Below are positions 50,897-64,000 of a DNA stretch of 64,000 nt, piece after piece. The notes beneath the pieces were generated by a model that saw only the letters and a list, made by a program, of their open reading frames with translations, did not search any database and was not told where the DNA came from. The position numbers and the translations under genes are program-made. How positions within the stretch are numbered: position 1 is the first letter of the stretch; each line of letters begins with the position of its first letter. Source of the DNA: Lingula anatina (lineage: Eukaryota > Animalia > Brachiopoda); the NCBI GenBank assembly GCA_051362555.1, contig CM120641.1:15190001-15254000 (forward strand). The letters are read 5' to 3'.

Positions 50897-53800
50897 TTAG
50901 CTAAGCAGACCTTTCTTTTTGCTTACTGAGAAAGGTTCTGTATGTCTGGATTTGGTATGAAGCAGCCTCGCGTCACTGCCAGCAAAATTAGCCTGCATGC
51001 TGGCTGCATGAATGGAGGCAGGGGTCACACAGGCAGGCTCCTGTCCCTTAGAGTCATCCTGGTCATCAAAACTCATGTTAGAGAACCCCTCATTGGAGAA
51101 TGCTGTAGCTGATTTATCACGTGGAGTTTTCTTCTGTTTGGATTTATTCTTCTTAAGGGTGCCACTGTTACTACCGCCTTCCTCGCCAGGAACCATAGCA
51201 ACAAGGTTTTCATCTACAGGTTTTGACCTGTCCTTTTTCTTACTTGACCTAGGACTGGGTTTTCCATCGCTCCCTGAACTACTCGACCGCCGCCTGCTTC
51301 CACTTCTTCTCCTAGCCCTGGTAGGCGTGGTCTTTCTAACCCCTGGGAGCACACTGATTACATGAGGTCCACCCCCATGCCTGGCAGTGGGCCTGTTCTG
51401 TGGCATGATCAGCTGTGTGGTCATGTTCTGGAATGGTACAGCACCAAATAGATCCTCTCCTGTGGATTGCTGCTGGGGAGGTCTCACCTGTACAGGAGAG
51501 TGGGGCGATGCTACACCTCCCATACCCCCTCCACTGTTCTGGGTGAATATATGGCCTGATGGATGTTGTGTCTGATAACCTATATTTTGGCTGTAAAAAC
51601 TGGCATTCTGAACAGCATCCATTTGCTGTGGATGACTGTAATGTGCTGGTTGGGGTTGAGCAAAGGCTGGAAGGGAGGATGCGACAAAATTATCCTCAAA
51701 GCTGTGCTGAGTCATACTGTGTGGGAGCTCCGCTATAGGGGAAACTGTATGTGTGTGTGTGGATGATGGGGACACATCATCTGCTGACGAAATCTTGGGG
51801 TGAAATCTAGGCCCGTAGGACGATTGGGAAAAAGCAGATTTCCCCTGACCATATCCAATAGATTCTTGGCTTTGCAAGAGAGCCTGTTCAGGACTTTGAG
51901 CTGGAGATCTAAAATAGCCTTGTGCCTGATCAGTGGAATGTTGACCATAGCCCTGATTTTGTGAAAAATTTTCGTGTAATGTCTCATGACCTTCAAACAG
52001 AGGGTTGACCAACTCATGCCCTCCCTCCCTTTCAGGACTAGTAGATCTTAGGGGTCTGTCACCCTTGAAAGAAGGGGCATTTTCAAATAAACCTTTGTCT
52101 TTATCAGTGTCTTTGGACTTGGATTTTGTCTTCCGTTTCTTTGTACCTTTTCTCCATGGAAAAGGAGCAGCACTGAAAGGATCAGCAGACTCTAGTTTCA
52201 AGTCATCTGACTGTGGAGATGTAGGGGATGAAAGAAGGCTGTTGCTATAAGCAGAGCTGCTGCGTCCACTAGACAGATACACCTGTTCTTTGGTAAAAGG
52301 ATTGGCTGGTTTTGTGAATTCTGTGTCCGACAGTTCATCATCATCTAGAAGGGGTTTGACACCACATTCATGTCCCACAATTCTATCGTGCTGAACAGGC
52401 AGAGATTCCTCAGCTACGGGTTCAACAGCAGGGTTCTCAGAACAACTTGCACTGAGCTGAGAAGACTGACACACTCCTTCAAAGCTAAGTTCTGATTGGC
52501 TGTCCGGAGCCATAGGATGCCGTCTACCAAATTCATCATCCAGTTCCTCATAACCAAAGTCTTCTGGTTTCACATCTTTGTGAGAACTCTCACTTTCCAC
52601 CTGTCCTTCTGAGCTGGAATCTGCCTTCTTTTTGTGGAGCTGAGCGTGAGGAAAATTTTTCCCAAACTTCTCTTTTCTCCCAGAGTCACTTACTACCTTG
52701 ATTTCTTTGTCCCTTTTTTCCCTGGTATCCTCACTAGGGCTTGGGTTGTCATCACTGCCACTGTCTACAAACTGGCGATACCTTGAACCTTTGGTGTTCT
52801 TGTTTGAGGCCACATCATCAAACTTATGGTATCTTGACTCATCCCCAGCAGAGCTCTTCATAAGCCCTACAGCTGCCTCCAGCAAATTCCTGGTTTTTGT
52901 AGACTCCAGCGACGTGCTGTGCACAGAACTTGCCTTTGTAGAGTTTGTCTGACGATCTGCAAATCAAACCATAAAACAGTCAATGACTTAGGTCATATCA
53001 TTTGAAAATAAATAATTGTACACTATAAGTAAATTTACACAAAGAGATGGAGCAAAACATATCTTACATTACAAAACAAGATTTCCATTACATATGCACT
53101 CACATTGTAAGTTGATTGAAATCAAACATTAAGATCACCAATTGTGATCAATATCCCCCAACACTGTTCTAGGTAGGGGAAAATGGAGTAAACAAAGTCA
53201 ACATTTTATTTCTTTTTTAAAAGATGACTTCTGACCTTGGAAAAATAGGCCAAGATGAACTGTTATCAATCTCATCCATGAGCCCCATGAGTCTTTTGCT
53301 CTGAAATGGGTTGTCCATATTGCCCATTTCAAATTATGTTCGAAAGTTAAGAAAAAATAACCTCTTTAAAGGTGCTAGATACTAAGGTTCATTCAAATTT
53401 ATAATTTCTTTTAGTATGTAAAAATATTTATTTAATTCAAGAAGTGAAAGCCAGGATCATAAGCAAATCTGGAGGTTTTTAAGTGAAGGTTTAGAGAGAT
53501 AAGAGACTTATTGAAATCTGTAGATGGCAAAATTTTGCATATGGGCAGAAAGACAACTTGATCCTCGTATAGTCCCAACTTTGTTGGGAGTATAACCAAA
53601 AAATTTAACAACAAAATGTATCAAATAAAATGGGTAAAAATGGGTAGCTGAACACAGATGGCACCACTCAAATCAAAAGTGGTCACTTTCAAGATAAGCA
53701 TACACTTCCAGTGGCAAATACGTTAAATTCCCCATACAAATTTGAAAATTGACATGATCTTTATGAATACCTACTTTAGAATATGCCAGCTACTCATATT

Positions 53801-56800
53801 CAAATTTATTTATCCAGGATACTTGGGTTAGTTGAGAACTTTATGCCTACAATCCTAGTTACAACAAACAACCAATTTGTTCCAGGTCAGGATTAATTGA
53901 GAGTAATATGAAATTGCTAACTTTCAACTGCAAATATAAACTCAAAAACCTTAATGGGTGGCCTCATTTCATTTAGTCCTGTTGGAAATGGATCCCATTT
54001 TTGAAGAATACAATTTGCTAAGAAGAAACTTTTGAACCAGACTTCCTTGAAAATTACCAAAGCTTCATTTTCAGTCAAACTACTATCACGTAGTAATGTA
54101 CTGTAGTGAAATACACACATATGACAGCCTTACTTTTCATGCTTATTCACCTCATCCTGGGAATGTCTTTAAAAATAATCAAAATCATAATATATCTCAA
54201 AATGTGGCAAATTGTTAATAAGATGATAAAAATCACTGGCTAAATTCTCGAATAGCCCTTCAAAGCACTATCCTTACAATAATGCTATGTTGTTTAAATA
54301 TGTCACTTTGAGTTCTCAAGAAGCTATGCTTATCATGAAAGTGCCCATAGATTCTCTGCTAATATATAGAATGAAATGAGGTCAACTGAAATCCACAAAT
54401 GCATTGATTTCTGATGAAGCCATCTAATAACAAGAAGTAAGAAATGCACAGAATTGCCATCATTTCATTCAACACTCAATTAAAAAATAAACTACAAAGC
54501 TGCACACATGTATGCATGAGCATGCACACACAAACACCAGCTAAAACCAGAAACTAAGATGTGGAGAGAAAGAGAGACATTTGAATGCTGCAAAGAAAAA
54601 AAAAGGCAACACTGCATGAGTCAAAAACACCTGTGGAAAACAACAATAGTGTAATTTCTCAGCTGCAGCATTCCAAACCACTGCATAAGACAACTGACGG
54701 CAGAGACTACAAAACACCAGAACAAAGGTGCCAATGTAATACATCATGCCTACAACTAGAAAGGATTCATAAAGCAGGAAATTTTCAGCATGCCAAAAGC
54801 ACAGGAAGACATTCATGCATGTATAATTCACCCAGATGTAAGACACAAATGATGTAACATAAGATGTACTAGTAATCACCCAGGTGAAAGGTGTGTGGTA
54901 AAACCACCAGACATGATGACATCAATAATATCTAAATACGAAAGCAAAGGTCTCCCATTTGACTAAAAATAAGACAGTGGTTTCAGGTTGACTTTCTTGT
55001 TTGTGTGATTATATCCCTGTAGGTACTCATTTTTCATCTCTTCTTATCCAGACAAAGTGCGTAATTTTATTCACCATACACCTCCCAACATGTGACCCAA
55101 CCCGATCGACCACATTCCAGGTAGGTGCATACAAGCCCATCACACAGTGTTTGTGACAAATATACAGAAATCATATCACTTGGCACATGCTGGGCACATT
55201 CAGCATTACCTAAGCCATGGAATCCCCAGGATGCAGCATTCAAATGCTCACTCAACAACACTAGTCAGCAGCTGATCATGATAAGCATCACTTTTATTAA
55301 AAATCACAGAATTCAGGCTTCTTTTAATTTTTGAATGTGTCACATGGTTCATCAATCATTTAAGTCTTATATATACATATTAGAGATAAAAGAAGTTTTA
55401 CGTGTCTGTATATGAAGATTCTGACAGAAATTCAACAAATAAAAAAGAAAAGATAAAATAGCTTTAAATGTGCATTGCTATATGCTGTACGAAACCTTAT
55501 AAGCAATAGCGCACAAAATTTTCTAAAAAGTAAATCAATTTTTATCTTAGCACAGATATTAAAAAGTAGAATTTAGCTCACTTCTAAAATGAAATTACAC
55601 ACATCTGGTCTGATATAAATAATTTTCTTATGTTTGAGAGAAACGAACTAAAAGATTTAAAAGAAATCCACTGCTCAGTAAAATACCCACATGCTAAAAT
55701 GTCCTACACACCAGTGTTGATATATATATATAATATAAATATACGTGTCCACAACATGCAGTGTTCTCATCTGTAGATTATAATTTACATCTCCTCCAAG
55801 CAAAATATACATTGCATCCTGTATATGAGAGAGCCACAGTCATAAACGATATGTAAAATACACTGTTATGTTGAAATACGCCACCATCATGACACACACA
55901 CGGGTATCAAGTAGCCTGGTTACGATACGAGTTAACATGTGCAGTGGGGAAGAGTCGTGTGTCCATGGTGAAAGCATAAAACGTGGACTGGATGAGCTCT
56001 CATTTACCTCCATGTGGTTTTAGTGAACTACAAGCAGAACTGGAAGTGGCCCCACTCCCTTGCTGTGACCTTGACCCTGAAACCCAAAGGACGATGAGAG
56101 TCAGATACTGACGGAACAGAAAGAAAGCGGGAGAAATATTGGTAATTAGTTTCTATGCATTTGTCTATCCAGATTATCCAGATTAAATTCTACAAAATCC
56201 CACCTAGGAACATAGCATTAATTGGACATAAGCCTATTTTATCAATTTGAGGGAAAACTTTTAAGGCACAAGCATCTACAAACACAGCATTCAAATTAAT
56301 TTAGTGAATTTGTTAATCATGAAATAATGAATAATTCCATGTTTATTAAAAGGACAGGAAAGATAAGCACAAGCCTATATACTCCTTACATTTGTAAGCT
56401 TTTCAGTTCAAAAAATCTGATTCTCCCCCCTTCCAAGACTTCAGTGAGACCATATACATTTGTCCTCAGTACTCCAAATAATATATATTTACATACAGCA
56501 AAGCCATGTGGAACACCAACAATGGATCTGATTGTGGACATGAAATGTGAATTTTGAATCATGGTGCCACTGTAAATCAGTAATTAGTATGAATATGCAA
56601 CTCCTGAGGAAACAGCAAGTGGGAGTCGGTTTGTTCACAAAATGTATATGCTGCTAAATGAATATGAACTATCATGTTCTCCAACGTTGAGTTCAAGAGT
56701 AAGGAAATTAACAAATCTAAGGAAAGTCCAAGGGGTTTTCTGTCTTACATCTTCCGTATGTAATCTTAAATCCTTACTTGAAGGAATAAAATGACTACCC

Positions 56801-57351
56801 TTAGCTTAAGAAAATGAATAAAAATTATAAGGAGGTGAAAATACAAGGGATATATACTGCTATTCCCATCATGGGATTAAGCACATTTGGTTATAACTTC
56901 TGGGAAATCATTAAAACTGTCCATGAGTATCAAAGCATTAAAACAGTGAGTTAATCTAATCCTGACAAGAGGCAAACAAAACTAGAGGCTCAGAAAGTTG
57001 TAGTCTGCCTGAAGACATTAACAATGAGCATGGTTAACTTTTTCCACGAAGATCTACTGAACTTCATATCAAACAGAAACACCATGGGGAAAAAGAAATG
57101 TCAACAGAAACAAGAATATACCAAATTAAAAAAAGACAAACAATCTATTAAAAGTATTTACCATGACAAAAACCTAATATTTGCTCTACATGAAATTGCT
57201 TTCCAAGTGATGGATTAATTAAATGGATATAATGTGGAGATGAAAAAAGTGATGACTTTGTAAAATTTCAAGGAATTGTGCCAAAAATGAAACTTGCTTC
57301 AATATCTACTGGAAATGAACAAACTTGAAATTGCTACAAAGGAAGCTTGAA

Positions 57352-57434
<83 letters not shown>

Positions 57435-60400
57435 TACCAAGATAATGTGAGATAGAAAGAGAGATCTATGGCTCTAACAATACCAATGGTCCCATCAATC
57501 CCAACAAATAAATTATTTACTAAAAATTGCGACATATCCTCCATTTGAACTTTGAAAATTTGAATAAGGAGAAAAAACTAGTGACTAAACACACATAAAG
57601 CATAAATTGCAGCTTATCTTTTGAGGAACTTACGGTTAAATGATAGAGTTTCCTATTGGGCCATTAAAGTGACATAACTCTAACAACATGATGACCTAAG
57701 ACATTGCCATGCTTGGTGTATATTATTCATAAAAAAGACATCCACTCACTTAGGCTGCCACAAAGCCATCCATACCACAGTGCCTTTTAATATTCAATCC
57801 ATTTCTTCATGTATATGTATATGTGAGAAAGGTTCGCAGGTAACTGACGGAATGTGTAATAGCACAACCCAAGTCTTCCAGCAATATTGGACAAAACTGG
57901 CAGCCACATTTATGCAGTAATTCTACCAAAAAGTATGATATGAGGACATTACAGCATCCGACTCAGTAGGTTCTAAATACTGTAATAGGCATCTCCTCTA
58001 TGTACAAAAGTCTGTTGTTCAGGTATTTGAAATAGAGAGTTATCACGGAATATGGGTTTGAATCCAACTATGATACCTGGCTCTGATGGCTGACTAATAG
58101 ATATGAGGCAAAATGAATTTTTTCCATGTTCTATCATCATGGGAAAAACAAACAAACCAGATAAACTGCACTTGTTCTTTTTTATTGTAGATGTTGTTAA
58201 TTGTCACTTCAAAAACTGAATAACTAAATATAATCTAAGTGTCCCTTTTTCCTGCTGTCCTCTGAGATCAATAATAAAGACTAGATGCTACAAACAGATC
58301 TCTTTTATCACCAACAGTATATATTCATTTGATTAAATGGCTCAGTGAAAACTCTTGCAGGGTAGAGAAATAATATAATAGTGCTAAGCCTAATACAAAT
58401 AAAGTTGCACTCTACAAAAATCATGGAGTCCCTAACACTGATAATTAATGCTCTCAACTCGATTTCCCCCTTGTGCCACAAAATCAAAAGATACATCTTT
58501 CAGGATGAAATCAGCTTATATTGGTTTGCTGATTTTGAATCATTTTGAAATCACCTTTTGATCATATTCCTTTATACACATATCACTTAAAATTATGTAC
58601 ATAATCTTAGTTCCCTTGCCCAAATATCACATAAACCTCACGTGTGGTACATAACAACCCTCTGAAAACTACTCACTTGGTGGGGCAAAAGGTGCAGCAC
58701 CAAAAGGATCCTGTTCTCCATCGTCATCCATCACTAAATCTTCACGGCTTTTCACATTTGATATACCTAGAAAAGGAATTGTTTGTAAGGGAGCCTCTGT
58801 GCTGCAACTAAATCCTTTCTTTTTCCACATTTTGCCTTCTTTTCAGTCTGAAAGAGGCACTGGCAAATAAGTATGAATAAATAAATGGAGCTCATAATAT
58901 GCAGGTATGCTTTTAAAACAACCACTTCACTTTTATCAAGTAACAAGGCAGCAAAGCTGTCAAATGTACAGACAAAAAGCAGGAAATAACAAAATAGGCT
59001 ACTGTCAATTCTGATGTAAAAGTACATTATGTAAAACTGCAAATTCAACATCAAATTTTAATTATGCTCAACAGGTAATACCAATGTAAGTAAAATGTGT
59101 AACAAGCATATGGCTTCAGGCCCATGGGAGTTCAAGTTCACACTTTGAAAATGTAAAACTTTCAGAAAAAGAAGTCAATTAGACTGCTTTTCCAACTCGA
59201 GCTGCATTTTAGTCCTGTGTTTCTTTTTTAAAAGTTTGACAATCATAAGTAATATGGTTTTCCCATGATGGTCATCATGGCAGCAATACCCAAAATTGTG
59301 TTTTCTTCTATTTTGATGCAATATTTCATAATGCTTAACAGCATAAAGAATAAAAATTTTAATAATAAAATATACGTATCGTGGATTTTCAGAAAATGTG
59401 ACTAGCATGGGTCTTCAAGCCCAAGGCGGTTCTAAGTAACACCTTGAAATTGCCAATATGTGAAAAATTAAATTTTCACAAAAAACTGATTAACTGCCAG
59501 AAAAATTTACCAAATAGACTGCACTGCCTAATGAAACTGTATTTTAGTCCCATGTTTCTTTCCTGTTAGTTTGAGAACAGTAAGTGACATGGTTTTCCTT
59601 AAATGGTCATCAAGGGAGCAGTGTCCAAAATAGGGGTTTCTTCAAATTTTGATGCAATATTACATAATGTTTAACAGGATAATAACCATCAATTTTTAAT
59701 AATTAAATATTAGTTTCATGGATATTCAGAAAATGTGACTAGCAAAGGTCTTCAGACCCATGGAACTTCAAAGTCACAGCTTGAAAATGCCAAAATGTAG
59801 ACAAGACAGCACTGTCCTGAAATGCATTTTTTTCCATTTTTAACAATTTTTTAACATATAACAAAATTAACACTTTATTGCCATTTTTATGTGATCAACT
59901 AAGAAAATTGATGAGATGGGAAAAATATCAATAGAACAGTGTTAATGTCCAATTTCCTCCATTCTGAGTTTCTGAACATTGTGAATGAATGAATGAATCT
60001 GACAAACTGCAATGATAAGAGTTTATTTCCATTTTTGAAACTCTATTATACAATACATGATAACAAGCTTACCATCATTTTTACATAATCAACTAACAAT
60101 GTTGTAAAGATGCAGGAAATGTTAAACAAAGACTTTTACGTATCTTATTAGTTAAATAATGAGACTGTAAACATGCCTAAGAATTGAATCTGAGGAAATG
60201 TGAAACAAGACAGTACTGTTATGAAATGGGTTTATTTCCATTTTTAACATAAAACAAAATTAACAGTTTACTGCCACTTTTATATGATCAACTAAGAAAG
60301 TTGATGAGATGTGAAAAATATCAATATAACAGTGTCAAATGTCCAATTTCCTCCATTCTGAGTTTCTGAACATAATGAATGATTGAATCTTACAAACTGC

Positions 60401-63400
60401 AATGATGAGTTTATTTCCATTTTTGACACTTTATTACACAATACACGATAATAAGTTTACCATCATTTTTACATAATCAACTAACAATGTTGTAAAGATG
60501 CAGGAAATGTCAAACAAACACTTTTACGTATCTTATTAATTAAATAATGAGACTGTTAACATGCCTAAGAATGGAATCTGAAGAAATGTGAAAAAACAGC
60601 ATAACTTATAAAATAATGGCCCGATTATGCTGACTTTCGAACTTGACCTGCGTTTTAGTAAGATTGATTACTCCTGTGAGTTTCATGACAACAGGCCTAT
60701 CGGTTTTCTTTGAAATGTGTTAACAGTGTTGCATATATGCTGAAAAGTGAAAAAACAGCATAAATTCTACAATAATGGCCCTATCATGCTGATTTTCAAA
60801 CTTGACCTGCGTTTTATGAATATTCATCAGCTCTGTAAATATAAAGCCAAAAAGTAAAACTGTCTTCCACTTATGGTGTTAACGCTGAAAGTGCACGGCG
60901 ACGGCGACGGCGACATGAACGGCGACGACAGACGCAGGTAATGGCAATATGTACAGACACATCTGTGTCTGTACATAAAAACAAGATAAAACCCTCTTGA
61001 TTGCAGAATTTGGATGGCTATGGCCACAGGAGTCTGTAATTTCAAGTTTACTGATGTGGAAAGTAATTCCAAAGCAAGTGGGGGTAACTTCCAAACCAGA
61101 AGTGCTTTGAGAATATAGGGAGGACCCGACACTGTCTCTTCTACACGTAGTTCACTCAAAACCATTCTGATACATGCATGGAAAAACTATAAATCTTCGC
61201 TTTATTCATTCCAAATGCGCCCATAAGATGTAGCCCAGTTGCTCAGCTACTGAATGCCCAATTTTCGTGGCATTAAAATACACTGGAAGGCTCATTAAAT
61301 TCCCAATAAAGTCTGGGCATTCAGCAGCTACCTACTTACTCAACAAGTTTCTGGTTTGGTTGTTTACCCCTTTGAGTTACTCCACAGTTTAAAGTAAGCC
61401 ATTTACAAAACACAGAATCCATGGTCTTCTCAACTTTGCTACAATCAATAAATAAGCATTTTTCTGGCAGTTATCAAATACAATAAAGTTTGTGTTAGAA
61501 ATCTAGAAGTTTATGGGTCAAGATGCACAAAATGCAGTTGGGGGAATTTAAGTGTATTTAACACAAGTCAAAAAAGAATATTAATTCTACTTACTGCTGT
61601 TTGATCCTCTCCTGAGTTTATCAAATTCCTTCCCAAATATTGCATCCTCTGTTAGTGCACCAAAATCATCCCCAAACGGGTTCCAGTCAGAGAAATTTGC
61701 AGAAAGGGCTCTGGGTGGGGTTCTGTAAGAGAAAGTTTGTTAAAAAACCCTTTGTTCATTGTAAAAAAGTTATCATTGGAGAAAAAAGATGGAAGATAAA
61801 AACATGAAAATGTTGACAAGAGAAAGTGGAAGAGGTGTTGCTTCTATTGAATATCTTTTCCATTTACAAATCAGTTACTTCAAGTGAATTCCCAAACCCA
61901 TCAGTAAGCCCTGACATTTTGTTTTTGTTTGTATGTGAAGACAAGAATTATTGAACTCAAAATAATATGTGCACAGAGTAACTTCACACTATCTTTCTTT
62001 GTCACAAAATATGGCCCAGATGCTGAGCTATTAAATGGCCAAATTTTAGTGTACATTGGTGAGCTTCTCAATGCACAATAAAACTGGGCATTCAATAGCT
62101 GGGAAATATTCTGCTGTCACATTTCAGACTAAGAAAGCAAGATATGCAGTTACTCCATGCACTTATATTCTGAGTATAAAAGAGACTTAATGTCAGGGCT
62201 TGCTTACCCTCTCAACGTACTTTCAGTTAGGGAGTTCACACCTCTTGTAGTTAACAATTGCAAAACCTCTACAGAAGTAGTTTGTGTGTATCTGTGGGAG
62301 AACTTCATTCATAGACCACCCAATGCATTCCAGTGAATTCCATTATATAGCAAACACATGATCAGTAACTGCACAATTTGCTTAGCCACAGCTACTCAGT
62401 CTACATATACTGTATACCTCACTGTACATGGGTACAGGTCTACAATGGTGTATTGAAGTGTATCACTATACATATAATAGGACCTCATACATGCAATGAC
62501 TGAAGTTCACCCTGTGTGGAGGTATGTACATGTCAGTGTCTACTCACCTGCTGGGAGAATGTGTGGGTGTAGCTGAAGCAGACTTTGTCTTGAGAGATGA
62601 TACGTCTTGACTAGGAGCTAGCAGTTGTGTGTTAGAGTTGTAAAACCTATAAATGAATGTGACATTGATATGTTAAATGCATCAGAAACCTTCAAATAGT
62701 CTTTGCTGCAATAAAAGGAGAAAAAACTTTGTTGTGACCATTTCTGTATTGGTGCAGTTGGGGGCATGAACAAAATAAAATACACATGTACCTAAGTTGA
62801 AAGAGTGACTTCCAGGTTATGTACCACAGTGGAATAAATGTTTTGTTCTTACTTTGATCCTAATGAATGAATAGTTTGTACTAAATTCAACCTGATCATT
62901 GATAGTTAATATCAAACTCCATCTTACACTGTTGTTATGTGAATCATGAAGAATTTCCATAAGAATTCCGGATTTCGTGAACTACAGGTATATAAATTTA
63001 CAAAAAGCCTACTCATAATTACTCTAAACTTTAAGCCTGCAATGGCACAAAGCGTATTGAACTATATTTTACTACTCACTTGAATGCACTGTTTCTTTTC
63101 CCGGCCTGAGAAATGATTGCTGAAGTGTCGCTAACATTTCTGCGGTGTCTGACAGCCTTAGGCGACTCAGGTGGAGTTAATGCTAGGAGAGGCTGATTAT
63201 CTTGCTGAAAAATTACATAGATAAAAAAAATTCAATTGAGGTGTCATAATTTTTCAGTGACTTACTGGTGGGTGCTGAGTCCATCTTTAACATGAACTTC
63301 AAATCATCTTCAATATTAAAGTAAAATCGTCACTCAAGTTAAGATCCATAGAACTTAAGGGCATGCCAAAGTAATAAACTTGGAATAAACAGCTAGACAA

Positions 63401-64000
63401 GGGTCAATTTTTTATACTATAAATTTTGATTCATGTATGCAAGATATACCTGTTTTCCAGATCTCTGTTTTGGTGGTTCAGGAACCTTGAAACCATCCAC
63501 CTGTGGTCCTCCTGCTGTCTCTTTCAGCATTGGCCCCATCTGATACCCACCAACAGCGGGGTAGGTAGCATTAGGGAAGAAACCAGCAGATGCTTGCTGT
63601 TTATGATGTTGCTCAAGGAGCACCTGATGTTGCTGATGCTGTTGGGCAACCTGTTGCTGCTGGGCAACCTGTTGTTGCTGGGCAGCCTGTTGTTGTTGCT
63701 GGGCAACTTGCTGTTGATACTGCTGTTGTAAATAAGCCTGTTGTTGTTGTTGTTGGTACTGCTGTTGAAGTTGTTGCTGGTACAAAAGTTGCTGCTGCTG
63801 CTGCTGCTGGAGCTGTTGTTGATTATGTTGCTGCTGAAGGTGATGTTGGTGCATTTGTTGCTGCTGATGTTGCTTTTGTTCCTGCTGTTGATAATGTAAC
63901 TGTTGTTGATGATTGGCACTGTTCTGCTGGGGGAAGAGATGCTGTGCGGGGGAGGTCAATGCCTGGCTGGCTGCAGAAGGGAAACCTTGCTGTGCTTCTG
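50897..64000 (-). CDS. AAK1: AP2-associated kinase 1 / BMP2-inducible kinase (NAK family), 3' portion; kinase domain lies outside the window
   Basis: Exons 63450->64000 (poly-Q), 63080-63204 (LTPPESPKAVRHRRNVSD), 62548-62646 (KTKSASATPTHSP), possible cassette 62208-62291, 61595-61722 (WNPFGDDFGALTEDAIFGKEFDKL), 58677-58766 (DPFGAAPF), 56008-56076 and 50897-52956 (NPF, DPF, DLFGAVPF, FSNMSF). Motif order matches recalled AAK1/BMP2K C-terminal regions. Confidence 0.82.
57357..57432. repeat. (AT)n microsatellite
   Basis: Direct inspection. Confidence 0.95.
59100..60960. repeat. Composite tandem-repeat block in an AAK1 intron (units of about 300-340, 400 and 160 bp), probably a non-autonomous TE
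   Basis: Unit starts at about 59107/59407/59743. A second pair at about 59801/60206. A third pair at about 60588/60747 contains ACTTGACCTGCGTTTTA. The block ends with a (GGCGAC)n microrepeat at about 60896-60927. Confidence 0.75.

Noticed and set aside
51012-52952. Several plus-strand ORFs of 62-117 aa
   Set aside because: Antisense shadows of the large AAK1 last exon; the same applies to ORFs opposite SOCS and the RTK tail.
55075-55260. Frame-preserving 186-nt open segment (phase 1-1) as an extra AAK1 exon
   Set aside because: The acceptor lacks a polypyrimidine tract, and the Cys/Trp-rich peptide does not fit the disordered tail; unsupported without RNA data.
59100-60960. CRISPR-like array
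   Set aside because: Eukaryotic intron; units are long degenerate tandem repeats without unique spacers.

Overview
Eukaryotic (animal) genomic DNA: AT-rich, with GT-AG introns. Gene and repeat content suggest an invertebrate, probably a mollusc or other lophotrochozoan (inference). Five genes could be modelled by hand with consistent exon phases: (1) intronless SOCS2/CISH-like, minus, 1947-2849; (2) PSMA3, minus, 10 exons, 254 aa; (3) a PhnW-like 2-aminoethylphosphonate-pyruvate transaminase, plus, 8 exons, 401 aa, with a mitochondrial-type presequence, head-to-head with PSMA3 across 151 bp; (4) a Torso-like receptor tyrosine kinase, minus, 19 exons, about 1129 aa, carrying a recent tandem duplication of a two-exon FN3 module; (5) the 3' part of an AAK1/BMP2K-family kinase gene, minus, running off the right edge. 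Also present are RTE and CR1/L2 LINE fragments, several MITE families with identifiable TSDs, and microsatellites. Best leads: a candidate unannotated 58-aa microprotein gene sharing a dense STAT/NF-kB/CRE/CArG promoter with SOCS; the apparently mitochondrial phosphonate transaminase on a proteasome promoter; the diverging duplicated FN3 module; and a duplicated decoy splice acceptor in PSMA3. No databases were searched; all homology calls come from recalled motifs.
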